From NCBI GenBank assembly GCA_020853525.1, contig JADYYS010000039.1, positions 76,587 through 140,586 on the forward strand: a DNA stretch of 64,000 nucleotides. The letters run 5' to 3'. How positions within the stretch are numbered: position 1 is the first letter of the stretch; every line of letters starts with the position of its first letter. Under the pieces are notes generated by a model. The model saw nothing but the letters and a program-made list of their open reading frames with translations. It did not search any database and was not told where the DNA came from. Positions 18,350-27,488 of the stretch are shown here, in pieces. The DNA comes from Ardenticatenales bacterium. GTDB taxonomy: Bacteria > Chloroflexota > Anaerolineae > Epilineales > Epilineaceae. A program made the translations under genes and the position numbers.

Positions 18350-19539
18350 CTCCACACGCACCGCTCGGCGCACGGGCGATCGATCGACACCGCATCGGCG
18401 GCCGCCAGTTCGTCGTCGTCGCCGTCGCCGCCGCCGTGGCGTTGGCCGGTTCGAACGCGGCAGCGGCCGCCGGCGGCACGACCCGACTGCCGGTGATCGA
18501 CCGGCCGGCCGTCGAGACGCTGCCCCAGCCGTCCGCCGCCGACCTGCCATCCTCGGCGCATGCGACGAACGCCTTCGCCCTGCCGTACGGGACGACGATG
18601 CTCGACGCGTTCGAGGGCGCTCTCTGGCCCGATCCGACCCGCTGGCTGTACGACACCGACCTCAACCGACCGGGCACCGGGACGCGCTGGTCGCCGTCCA
18701 CTTGCCAGGCAAAGGGCGGGTCGCGGGGTCTGCGAGCCAACGGCGCAACGCCGGTCGGGCCGCCGACATGCGCCGCGCCGTACGAAGGCAGCTTCACCGC
18801 CTCGACCGTCCTTGCCCTCGACCTCTCCAACATGGCCGATGCGGCGTCGGCCGAGCTGGCGTTCGACCTCTGGATGGACGCCGAGCCGAACGAAGGCCTG
18901 ATCGTGGCCTACCTCAGGCCGGAGGCGCCGGAGGGCTACTATGTCCGCCATATCCTGTACTCCGGTACCGGCCGCGTCCGGCGCTGGATCGAGGGCGGCG
19001 TCCGCCTCGATCTGGCCAACGCCCGCGACGTGTACGACGGCGCGTGGCGCGGTGACCTGCGCGGCAAGCAGGTCCTGATCGAGTTCGTCTTCCTCAGCGC
19101 CGACGGCAGCGCGGACGCGCAGGGCGCTTATCTGGACAACGTCGTCGTCCGCGCCGTGCCGCCCGCCGGCCCGACGCCGCCGCCCGGCGCGGTCGAGCGC
19201 ACGACCGCATGCACGGGCGTCCGGGACTGCGGGAGCGTCGGCGTGTTCGCCTATGTCGATGTGGGCTGCGACCGGCGCTTCCGCCGCGGCACGGACGTCC
19301 CGCTGGCGATGCAGCCGCGCGTCGACGTCACGGCTGGTGCGGACGTGCTCGGCGCGCGGCTCGGCAAGAGCGGACGGCTGACCTTTCAGTACCCGCTCGG
19401 CCGCGCCGCCACGTTCGGCCTGTCCGTTCCCGACGGCTACGCGCTGTGCCCGGACAGTCCGAATCCGATCGACGTGCCCGCCTCCGCCTTCAACCGGTTC
19501 CGGCGCACCAGCGTGGAGTTCCGCCTCCAGCGCCCGTGA
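18346..19539 (+). CDS. secreted hypothetical protein with MAM/CBM4_9-like jelly-roll domain (paralog family)
   Basis: ORF 18346..19539. Its start overlaps the upstream stop as ATGA. A signal peptide is present. The domain AFEGALWPDPTRW...GAYLDNVVVRAV is paralogous to domains in the genes at 22487 and 24766. Confidence 0.5.
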   Translation: MTPHAPLGARAIDRHRIGGRQFVVVAVAAAVALAGSNAAAAAGGTTRLPVIDRPAVETLPQPSAADLPSSAHATNAFALPYGTTMLDAFEGALWPDPTRWLYDTDLNRPGTGTRWSPSTCQAKGGSRGLRANGATPVGPPTCAAPYEGSFTASTVLALDLSNMADAASAELAFDLWMDAEPNEGLIVAYLRPEAPEGYYVRHILYSGTGRVRRWIEGGVRLDLANARDVYDGAWRGDLRGKQVLIEFVFLSADGSADAQGAYLDNVVVRAVPPAGPTPPPGAVERTTACTGVRDCGSVGVFAYVDVGCDRRFRRGTDVPLAMQPRVDVTAGADVLGARLGKSGRLTFQYPLGRAATFGLSVPDGYALCPDSPNPIDVPASAFNRFRRTSVEFRLQRP

Positions 19540-19548
19540 CGCGGCGGG

Positions 19549-20589
19549 TCACGACGATCGCTCGACATCTCCCGACAGCATCCGCACGTAGCTGTCGTGC
19601 CGCCGCGCGCTGATCCCGCCGCCGCCGACGGCCGCCCGAACGGCGCAGCCGGGCTCGTGGACGTGGCTGCAGTTCTGGAAGCGGCACTGGTTGAGGTAGG
19701 GACGGAACTCGACGAAGCCCCACTGCAGCTCGGCGCCGTCCATCTCCCACAACGCGAGCTCGCGCAAGCCGGGCGTGTCGGCCACCCGCCCGCCGCCCGT
19801 CAGCGGGTGGAGCTCGCCGACGCGCGTCGTGTGCCGCCCCTTGTGGTGCGTCGTGCTGACCTCCCCGACGCCGAGGGCAAGACCGGGCTCGATCGCGTTC
19901 AACAGGCTTGACTTGCCGACCCCGCTCGGCCCGACGACGGCGCTGACGCGCCCATGCAGCGCCTCTTTCACCGCCGCAAGGCCCGCCTCCGTCCGCACGG
20001 AAACGGGGAGGATCCGGTAGCCGATCCGCTCGTACTCCGCCAGGTCGGCGGCCACCGCCTTTTGGATGCCGAGGTCCACCTTCGTGATGACGATCACGCA
20101 GTCCAGCTCGTCGATCTCGGCCAACGCGAGGAAGCGGTCGATCAGGCGCGGGTTCGGGTCGGGACGCTGACAGCTGAACGTGATCAGCAACAGGTCGATG
20201 TTCGCGATGACGACGTCCTTCGACCAGATACCCTTCGGCCCCGGCGCCCGGCGCACCAAGCTGCTCGTCCGCTCGAGTCGCTCGATGATGACGGCATCAT
20301 AGCCACCCCCGCCCGACGGCGCCGCGGTCCGCTGCACCTTCACGCGGTCGCCAAGTGCGATCAGCCCCTCCCGATCACGATCCCGCTTCAGCCGGCCGCG
20401 CAGCGTGGCCGTCAGGATCACGCCCCCCGTCTCGACGGCATAGAACCCGCTCTGCGTCCGGACGACCCAGCCCTCGAGTACGGCATTCGGGTCATGCGGC
20501 ACAACAGCGTCGTGCGCCACCGCCGCGTCTTGGGAAGCCTCCCGGCCGCCGCCGGCCTCGCCGACGGGCGACTCCCCATCGTGCCGCAC
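19549..20589 (-). CDS. rsgA: ribosome small-subunit biogenesis GTPase RsgA (YjeQ)
   Basis: C-terminal 346 aa of ORF 19549..21948 show the OB fold, a circularly permuted GTPase (VGPSGVGKSSLLNAI, DTPG) and a C-terminal zinc motif (CRFQNCSHVHEPGC). The GTG at 20589 is preceded by GGAGAG. The 450-aa Arg-rich N-terminal extension is rejected. Confidence 0.85.
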   Translation of the reverse strand: MRHDGESPVGEAGGGREASQDAAVAHDAVVPHDPNAVLEGWVVRTQSGFYAVETGGVILTATLRGRLKRDRDREGLIALGDRVKVQRTAAPSGGGGYDAVIIERLERTSSLVRRAPGPKGIWSKDVVIANIDLLLITFSCQRPDPNPRLIDRFLALAEIDELDCVIVITKVDLGIQKAVAADLAEYERIGYRILPVSVRTEAGLAAVKEALHGRVSAVVGPSGVGKSSLLNAIEPGLALGVGEVSTTHHKGRHTTRVGELHPLTGGGRVADTPGLRELALWEMDGAELQWGFVEFRPYLNQCRFQNCSHVHEPGCAVRAAVGGGGISARRHDSYVRMLSGDVERSS

Positions 20590-20630
20590 CCTGTTCTCTC
20601 CGCCCGCCGCAGGCGTGGCAGTGGCCGCGG

Positions 20631-22415
20631 TCAAGCGTTCAACCTCACGGCCACACGCCGTGCGTCCCGGAGGATGGAGGCAGCCAGCCCTGCCGCTGCG
20701 AGCGCCAGCAGCGCCCACCACAGGGTGCGCGGGTCGGCGGGTGGGCCGCTGTCGACGCGGAAGTGGTCGAGGGCGATCTCGCCGCCCGCCGCGCCGGCCG
20801 TCAGCCGCAGCGTGTGCGCACCGCCGTCGAGGCCCTCCACGAGCGTCACGTCGGCCCAGGCCGCCTCGGCGCCGCCGAGCGGGCGCGGCGACTGCGCCTG
20901 GCCGTCGAGCTCGATGGCCAGCGTGCCGGCCTGCCGGCCGGTGGCCAGCCGGGCAACGACCTGGCGTCCGCGGAACGAGAAGACCAGATCGTCGCGGTCG
21001 GCGGCGGCCTGCGCGGCGGTGGACCCGGCCGACTGGGCAATGCCGTCGTCGCCGTCCGCCGAAGCGCCGTGCGCCACGAGCACCTGGCCGTCGGAAGCAC
21101 CCTCGCGCGGCAGCCAGCGCCAGGGGCCGCCCGGGGTCACGCGCACCGGCGCGCTGCGCTCCTGCCAGAAGCCGGGGCCGGCAACGGTCGTCCCGCTTGC
21201 GGCGTCGCGCACGGCGTCGAACAGGCGCGTCGGCGTGAAGTCGGGCATGACGGCGGCGAACCAGTAGTCCGCCCGGTCGGGCGTGATGCCGCCCCACTGC
21301 CGAAAGTACCACAGCCCGAAGACGCCGGCCCACGGCCACTCGGCCTGGGCAAGGCGGACGCCCTCGACGGTCCACTCGGCCTGCGACACGGCCGGCACGT
21401 GGCCCCAGATGTTGTCCTCCAAGCCGACCGGCGCAGCGTTCCAGCCGTACTCCGAGAGCCAGATCGGCGTCCCGTCGTCGCCCGCCTCGCGCATGATCCC
21501 CCGCTGCAGTTCGATTCGCCGGAAGTTCAGGCGGTCCGGCGCCGGCGGGTCGTTCGGCGGCCGGTCCATCCCGAAAGCATTGGCCGCCAGGATGTCGAAG
21601 TGCTCGGCGCCGCCGGCGGCATACATCCCGCGCAAGTAGTCGAGATCGTTCAGATTGTCGCCGTCGGCCAGCGACTCGGTGTTGATCGCCAGCGGTGCGG
21701 CGATGATCACCGCTGCGGGGTCCGCCGCCCGCGCGGCGGCGGCGGCGGCGGCCAGCAGCGCCACGTAGTCCGCCGGGTCGACCGGCCGGTAGCCCCACTC
21801 GCTGGCCAGGTTCGGCTCGTTCCAGATCTGGTAGAACCGGACCCGCCCCTTGAAGTGCGCTGCCGCTTCGCCCACGAAGCGGGCGAACTCCGCCGGGTCG
21901 GCCGGGACGTTGTTCGCGCCCGGGCCGTGGTCGTCGCGCGCCGCCCAAGCGGGCGTCCAGTCGATCCGCCAGATGACCTCGATCCCGCTCGCGTCACAGA
22001 TGTCGACGATCCGATCGTACTTGGCCCAGTCGATTCGCCCCCGTTCGCGCTCGACGTCGGCCCACGGCAGGTGCTGCTTGGCCCAGCGGATCCCGGCGTC
22101 GGCGGCCAGCGCAACGGTCTGTTCCGCCTTCCACACCTCGACCTCCCGCTCGAGGAAGACGTTGGCGCCCCACGGGTGCACGTCGGTGAACGGGATCGTC
22201 GCCAGGCGATGGGCGGCCGCACCGGCCAACCCGGCGCCGGACGGCGGGCGGAGCGCGAGCCACAGGGCCGCGCCGGCGACACCGAGCAGCGCCAAGGCGG
22301 ACAGCCGCAATCGACGCAGAAGCGGTGGTGGGATCACGCGTCGCGCGCGGGCGTGGCGATCACCGCCGGGCGAACGGCGGGCAGGCCGCGCGGTGGGGCG
22401 CAGGTCGGGGCGCAC
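20631..22415 (-). CDS. membrane-anchored glycoside hydrolase, GH5-like (cellulase-family TIM barrel)
   Basis: ORF 20631..22415. An N-terminal TM is followed by a catalytic-type motif RVRFYQIWNEPN (NEP acid/base) and then a C-terminal TM. The exact start is uncertain. Confidence 0.55.
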   Translation of the reverse strand: MRPDLRPTARPARRSPGGDRHARARRVIPPPLLRRLRLSALALLGVAGAALWLALRPPSGAGLAGAAAHRLATIPFTDVHPWGANVFLEREVEVWKAEQTVALAADAGIRWAKQHLPWADVERERGRIDWAKYDRIVDICDASGIEVIWRIDWTPAWAARDDHGPGANNVPADPAEFARFVGEAAAHFKGRVRFYQIWNEPNLASEWGYRPVDPADYVALLAAAAAAARAADPAAVIIAAPLAINTESLADGDNLNDLDYLRGMYAAGGAEHFDILAANAFGMDRPPNDPPAPDRLNFRRIELQRGIMREAGDDGTPIWLSEYGWNAAPVGLEDNIWGHVPAVSQAEWTVEGVRLAQAEWPWAGVFGLWYFRQWGGITPDRADYWFAAVMPDFTPTRLFDAVRDAASGTTVAGPGFWQERSAPVRVTPGGPWRWLPREGASDGQVLVAHGASADGDDGIAQSAGSTAAQAAADRDDLVFSFRGRQVVARLATGRQAGTLAIELDGQAQSPRPLGGAEAAWADVTLVEGLDGGAHTLRLTAGAAGGEIALDHFRVDSGPPADPRTLWWALLALAAAGLAASILRDARRVAVRLNA

Positions 22416-22486
22416 AGCGGTGCGCCCCGACCCGGTTTCCGAACGGATGCGCCGTCATTTGCCCGGGCGCACGGGCCGCCGGGCGG

Positions 22487-24646
22487 TCAACGTCCTGCCG
22501 TTGTGCCGCGGTTCTCGACGATGCCGAACGCTTCGATCCCGCGGAAGGACGGGCCGGTGCGCCGCACGTCGTCCGCCCCGAACGGCCGGGCATTGCGGAG
22601 CGCAGCGGCGAGATGGGCGGCCGACATCCGGGCCGGCGTCCAGCGCACGTCCTGGCGCACGACCTCGCCGGTCGTGCGGCAGTACTCGACCGCGACATTG
22701 TCGAGGCCGAACGCCATCGGGTTGGACCCGTTCGTCGTCGCGCCGAAGAAGATCTGCGCCGAGTTGAACCCATCGCGCTTGGCCCACAGATCCTTGAGGT
22801 CGACCGAGAGCGGCACCCACTGGCCAAGCGGCAGCAGCTGGCCGCCGACGGGCGAGTCCTCGCTCAACCACTGTGCCGCCTGATCCGTGGGCGCGTCGCC
22901 GACGACGCCGAGGAAGAACTTGTCGGCGTTGTCGCCGTTGCCCCGCGTCTCGTTGCCGAGCATGCCGAGCGCCAGCTTGATCTGAACGGACGCGATGTCC
23001 TCGAGCGGCAGCGTCTCGATCTTGCCGGAGTTCACCAAGATGTCCTCGGCGTTGTCGTAACCACCCAGGTCGATCGCGAAGCGGCTCTGGAACCCCGGCG
23101 TGCGGAGCAGCTCATGGCCGTTGAGAGCGCGGCCCGACCAGCCTTCGCCCCCGAGTTCGAAATCGCCGTTGACGACCGGATTCTGGCAATTGGCAGGCAG
23201 CGTCGGCACGGCGCTCGGCGTCGGCCCGGGACCGCTGTTGCCCGTCACCTCGGCCACCTCGTCCGCCCACGCCACCGCCTCGCCCCGCAGGAACACGGCC
23301 ACCCTGAAGCGCCCGGGTTCGAGCGCCGACCCGTCGGCCGCATTCACGCATTCGGACAGGAAGCCTGAGGCGGCCGTGGTCTTCGTCGTCGGGTTGAGGC
23401 GCTCGTTGCCGTCCGGCAGGATGATCTTCTGCCACCTGCCCGCCACGTCCTCGTACCACTGCACGGACATCAGGGTGTCGACGGGCAACCCGGTCCAACG
23501 CTGGGCCGAACACAGCTGAAAGATGCGGCCGAAACGCGTGCCCTGGCCGACGAGCGTGCCGTCGTTCAGGACGTTCGTCCCGAATCCCACCACCACGCCG
23601 CCGGGCAATGCCGTCGGTTGGGACGGTGCCATGATGTCCTTGTCGACGTTGTTCACGGCGATCGGGAGGTACGCGCGCGACGAACCGTCCGGCGTCGCGG
23701 GCGGCGGTGTGGCCTCCGACGCCGGCGTCTCGCCCGGCGCCGGCGTTTCGCGCAGCCGCGTGGCCGAAGGCGTCACACCCGGCTCGAGCGTGGCGGTCGG
23801 CACGGAGGAAGAGAGTCCCTCGATCGTCACGTTGTCGATCAGCGAGCCGGTGTGCGTGCCCGTCGGGGTTGCGTCCTCCACGCGGAAGTAGATCCGCGCC
23901 GCCGGCAGGCCGGCGGCAAACGGGAACTTGAGCGGATCCTGCAGCGAGAGCCAGCGCTTGCGGAGATCCGTGCCGTCCCCCGACCGGTAGTTCAAGGAAT
24001 AGCACCGCAACTCCGTCGGCACCGCGGTGCTGGCACAGACCCTGAACGACAGGACGACCTCGTTCGTGCCGTTGGGCAGGAAGCCGACCGGGCCATCGAG
24101 GTAGAGCAGCAGGTTCACCTGCACGCCGCCGTCGAAGTCCGTCGCGTCGAACGGCCCGTAGACGAGATCGGTGGCCACCGGCTGATCGTAGTTCGAGCCC
24201 GGCGACAGGCTGGCGCCAAGCCGGCCGCCGCCGATCGACCACGGCGCTTTCAGCCCGCCCCCCGGCCGCCCCGGTGCGGGCGCGGCGAGGAGCACGTCCT
24301 GGTTGCCCCAGGTGTAGTTCTCTTGCTGACCTTGCGCCACCCGCAAGTCGTAGGTCGTCCAACCCTCGGGCGGGAAGTCGCCTTCGAAGTCCTCTTCCAC
24401 CACGGGCACGGTGCCCTGTTGGAGGGACTGCGGCCGCACGGCAAGGGGTCGATGATCGACCGACCGGCCGCCGCCGTCCTCGATTGACACGAGCCCCACC
24501 GAAGCCTCTTCGACGATCATTGCCGCGGCCGGTGCCGCCGTGAACACGTCCGACCGATCGGCACGCGCCGCCGGCGCGCCCCCTTGCAGCGCCCACATCC
24601 CCGCGACGACCGCACCGAGCACCGCCGCTCCCTCGCGCATCCTCAT
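22487..24646 (-). CDS. large secreted protein with two jelly-roll (MAM/CBM4_9-like) domains
   Basis: C-terminal 719 aa of ORF 22487..26014. The ATG at 24646 is preceded by GGGGAGGAG and starts the signal peptide MRMREGAAVLGAVVAGMWALQGGAPAARA. Domains are EEDFEGDFPPEGW...GSLIDNVTIEGL and NGDFELGGEGW...GLDNVAVEYC, separated by a Pro/Thr linker. Confidence 0.6.
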   Translation of the reverse strand: MRMREGAAVLGAVVAGMWALQGGAPAARADRSDVFTAAPAAAMIVEEASVGLVSIEDGGGRSVDHRPLAVRPQSLQQGTVPVVEEDFEGDFPPEGWTTYDLRVAQGQQENYTWGNQDVLLAAPAPGRPGGGLKAPWSIGGGRLGASLSPGSNYDQPVATDLVYGPFDATDFDGGVQVNLLLYLDGPVGFLPNGTNEVVLSFRVCASTAVPTELRCYSLNYRSGDGTDLRKRWLSLQDPLKFPFAAGLPAARIYFRVEDATPTGTHTGSLIDNVTIEGLSSSVPTATLEPGVTPSATRLRETPAPGETPASEATPPPATPDGSSRAYLPIAVNNVDKDIMAPSQPTALPGGVVVGFGTNVLNDGTLVGQGTRFGRIFQLCSAQRWTGLPVDTLMSVQWYEDVAGRWQKIILPDGNERLNPTTKTTAASGFLSECVNAADGSALEPGRFRVAVFLRGEAVAWADEVAEVTGNSGPGPTPSAVPTLPANCQNPVVNGDFELGGEGWSGRALNGHELLRTPGFQSRFAIDLGGYDNAEDILVNSGKIETLPLEDIASVQIKLALGMLGNETRGNGDNADKFFLGVVGDAPTDQAAQWLSEDSPVGGQLLPLGQWVPLSVDLKDLWAKRDGFNSAQIFFGATTNGSNPMAFGLDNVAVEYCRTTGEVVRQDVRWTPARMSAAHLAAALRNARPFGADDVRRTGPSFRGIEAFGIVENRGTTAGR

Positions 24647-24765
24647 GACAAGTCTCCTCCCCATCATCCGCGCAAGGCGGCCATGACCAGCGGGCGACAG
24701 TCTAGCACACGCCCTTCGGGCGGCGCCAGCGCTCTGTCGCGGCAGCGAGAAAGCCGAACCGAATC

Positions 24766-25956
24766 TCAGGGGGAGCGGCGCAGGAACCCGTATGGCAGGT
24801 AGATCCGGTGTTCCGGCGTGACGAGAACCGTAGGCGTTGCCGTCGATGTCGTCGGCGTCGCCGTGGTCGGACCGACCGTCGATGTCGGTTCCAACGTTGC
24901 CGTCGGCGCGTCCGTGACGGTGCCGACGACGGTCGGCGGCGGCGGGAGCACGAACGTCCCGGTAGCCGTCGCCGTGGCGGTGGCCGTCCGGCGGTCGGGC
25001 GTGGCCACGGACGTCGGCGGCGTGCTGGGCGGCGAGCCCGTCCGGGTGGGCGTCGCGGTCGGCGGCGCGACGGTGCCGGTCGGGGTGCGCGTCACGGTCG
25101 GCGTGCCGGAAGGCGCTCCGGTCGGTGAACCCGTCGGGCCGGCGGTGGCGGTGGCGGCCGTCGGCATGGGTGTGCCGGTGCGCGTGGCGCTCGGCGACGG
25201 CAACGCCGTGTGGGTTGCGCTGACGGTGGGCGTGGGCGTGGCGGTCGGCGCGGCGGTTGTGGCCGCGCCGGTCGTGGTGGGCGGCGGCGCATCCGACAGG
25301 CCGTGGATGACGACGCGGTCGACGAACGCACCCTGGTGCGGCGTCTCGAAATCGCGGTCGCGGAAGCGGAAGACGACGAACGCCTCCTCTTGCCCGCCGA
25401 CGAGTGGGAACTGGAGCTTCGGCTCGAAGTAGTTCCAGTCGATCTGCAGCACGCCGACTGAGAAGCAATCGATACCGCCGGGTGAGCCGGGGTTGGTGAC
25501 GCAGACCTGGAAGTCCGTCTCGCGGTGCAGGTCGAGCTTGAAGTACGTCGCCACCTGCAGCCCGTCCTCGAACGGTCGGGTGTCGATCGGCCCGAACATC
25601 AGGTCGCTCTCCGACGGGCCGGCGTACGTGCCGCCGCACGCCAGGCCGCCGCCCGCGGTGCCGCCGCCGACCGACCAGACGCTGGCGCTGCCGCCGCCGG
25701 AGGGCGCCGTGCACGTCGTCCGTGCCCATACGTACTGTCCGGGCGGCGTCATGTTGTCCTGGACATACCAGTCCGGCGGCGGGAACGCGCCCTCGAAGCC
25801 TTGGTCCTCGATCAGCGTGGCGATCGTGACGTTGCCGGCGACGTTGCCGCCGGCGCCGTACGCCGCACCGCACGCCAGCACGAGCGCCGCCAGGCCGGCC
25901 AGTGCGGAAGGACGGATGGTGATGGTTGGCCGGAGCGAACCGGATTCGCGCGACAT
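24766..25956 (-). CDS. secreted protein with MAM/CBM4_9-like jelly-roll domain, long Thr/Pro/Ala linker and C-terminal RIYLPYGFLRR tag
   Basis: Frame of ORF 24766..26091. The ATG at 25956 follows GGAGG and starts the signal peptide MSRESGSLRPTITIRPSALAGLAALVLACGAAYGA. The domain EDQGFEGAFPPPDW...GAFVDRVVIHGL is paralogous to those in the 22487 and 18346 genes. Confidence 0.6.
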   Translation of the reverse strand: MSRESGSLRPTITIRPSALAGLAALVLACGAAYGAGGNVAGNVTIATLIEDQGFEGAFPPPDWYVQDNMTPPGQYVWARTTCTAPSGGGSASVWSVGGGTAGGGLACGGTYAGPSESDLMFGPIDTRPFEDGLQVATYFKLDLHRETDFQVCVTNPGSPGGIDCFSVGVLQIDWNYFEPKLQFPLVGGQEEAFVVFRFRDRDFETPHQGAFVDRVVIHGLSDAPPPTTTGAATTAAPTATPTPTVSATHTALPSPSATRTGTPMPTAATATAGPTGSPTGAPSGTPTVTRTPTGTVAPPTATPTRTGSPPSTPPTSVATPDRRTATATATATGTFVLPPPPTVVGTVTDAPTATLEPTSTVGPTTATPTTSTATPTVLVTPEHRIYLPYGFLRRSP

Positions 25957-26056
25957 CGAAGCCTCCAATCGTTCGGTTAACATTCGCCACGGCCCGAGCC
26001 GTGCGACGTGGCACGGTTCGGGTGGCACGGTTCGGGCGGCACTGCGGTCCGGCGCG

Positions 26057-27481
26057 TCATCGCTGGCCGCCGGTCGGCAGGACGATCTCATACTTGAGCG
26101 GCCGGAGGTAGGTCTGACGCAACGGCTCGCCGCTCAGCCGCTGGCCGCCGACGAGCACGAGCTGCTGCCGCGCGAGCACCGCCAGCCCGGCGCCTCGGTC
26201 CGGCGTGTAGCCGCGGACGACCGCGAACTCGGACCACATGCCGCGCTCGAGGTCGTAGGCCAGCGTACCGATGTCGAGGTGGGTGCTCCAGCCGCCGCCA
26301 ACGACGTACAACCGCTCGCCCGACACGTTGGCGACGGCAAGCGCGTGGCCCGCGCGCGCGTCGGGCAGCGGCGCGGCGGTCTCATCCCATCGATCGGCGC
26401 TCGGCTCGAACGGGCGGAACACCCAGTGGTTGTTCTCCGGCTTGCCGCCGGGGCTCCGGCCGCCGACCACGTGGATCCGCCCTTCGAAGGCCGCTGCCGC
26501 CAGGTCGGCCCGCGGCCGCAGCAGCCGATCGGGCTCGACGGTCCAGGCGTCCGTACTCCAGTCGTAGCGCAGGATCGCATCCGTCGCGCTGGATGGATCG
26601 TCGTCGGTGCGGCCGCCGAAGAGGTAGACCTGACCGTCGAGCATCGCCAGACCGTAGCCGCAGACGGCGCGGCCGGCCGGCAGCGGCGCGGCGGTCCGCC
26701 ATGTGTCGGTGCGCGGATCGAAGATCTCGACGACGCCGGTCGCCCGCCCATCGGCCGCGCAGCCGCCCGGCACGATGATCTTGCCCTGTACGGCCACCCC
26801 CGCCACGTCGCGCACCGCAGTCGGTTTCGAGGCGCGCACCCGCCAGTCGAGCCCGCCGCCGCCGGCATACTGCAGCGTCGTGCTCACCAGGCGGCCGCCG
26901 TCCGTCGCCCCGGCGATGACGAACAGGTCGGCGCCCGCGGCAACGGCCGCCAGCCCGGTGCGTGCCTCGGGCAGCTGTCGGCCGAGGACCCAGTCCTGTG
27001 GCGCCGGCGCCGGCGCGGTCGGCGGAGGGGTCGGGGTCGCGGTGCCGTGTGTCAGACGCCACGTGGCGGCGCCGAGGATGGCCAGCACGGTCAGCGCTGC
27101 GCCGCCGAGCGTGAGCATGACGGTCCGCCGCGCCCGCTGACGGGTGCGCGAGAGCTCCTCGGCCAGACGCGCCGCCGCACCGCCGTCGCTGCGGCGCACG
27201 TCTTCGTCGCCGCCGCCGCCATCCGGGCTGCCGTCGCTTGGGTCGCCGAGCGCGATCAGCCCGGTGTCGAGAGCCCGCCGCATCGCCTCGGTCCGGTTGG
27301 CCGTACCGAGCTTGGCGTTGATGTTCGTCAGGTGCTTCTTGACCGTCGCCTCGGAGATCGTGCGGGCGTGCGCGATCTCGCGGTTCGTCGCGCCGGTGGC
27401 GACGAGCCGGAGGATCTCGAGCTCGGTATCCGATAGGGCGGCCGCCGGCGAGGCGGCGGTCGGCGCTTGGGGGTCGGCCAT
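26057..27481 (-). CDS. one-component membrane regulator: N-terminal LuxR/FixJ-type HTH, single TM, extracytoplasmic Kelch-repeat beta-propeller
   Basis: C-terminal 474 aa of ORF 26057..28060, with ATG at 27481. The HTH is LSDTELEILRLVATGATNREIAHARTISEATVKKHLTNINAKLG. The TM is VMLTLGGAALTVLAILGAATW. Repeated Kelch-like blades follow (…LFVIAG…KIIVPGG…VYLFGG…IHVVGG…LYVVGG…LVLVGG). Confidence 0.6.
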   Translation of the reverse strand: MADPQAPTAASPAAALSDTELEILRLVATGATNREIAHARTISEATVKKHLTNINAKLGTANRTEAMRRALDTGLIALGDPSDGSPDGGGGDEDVRRSDGGAAARLAEELSRTRQRARRTVMLTLGGAALTVLAILGAATWRLTHGTATPTPPPTAPAPAPQDWVLGRQLPEARTGLAAVAAGADLFVIAGATDGGRLVSTTLQYAGGGGLDWRVRASKPTAVRDVAGVAVQGKIIVPGGCAADGRATGVVEIFDPRTDTWRTAAPLPAGRAVCGYGLAMLDGQVYLFGGRTDDDPSSATDAILRYDWSTDAWTVEPDRLLRPRADLAAAAFEGRIHVVGGRSPGGKPENNHWVFRPFEPSADRWDETAAPLPDARAGHALAVANVSGERLYVVGGGWSTHLDIGTLAYDLERGMWSEFAVVRGYTPDRGAGLAVLARQQLVLVGGQRLSGEPLRQTYLRPLKYEIVLPTGGQR

Positions 27482-27488
27482 CCGGCGA

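Noticed and set aside
20590-21948. 450-aa N-terminal part of ORF 19549..21948 upstream of the RsgA domains
   Set aside because: It is Arg/Gly-rich junk that fully overlaps the real GH5-like gene (20631..22415) in another frame. RsgA has its own RBS and GTG at 20589.
24647-26014. N-terminal 456 codons of ORF 22487..26014, and similar false N-extensions of ORFs 26057..28060, 27489..29702, 32717..34801 and 5517..7331
   Set aside because: In each case a signal peptide or conserved N-terminus sits just downstream of an internal start with a good SD. The upstream part is Arg-rich and overlaps the neighbouring real gene.
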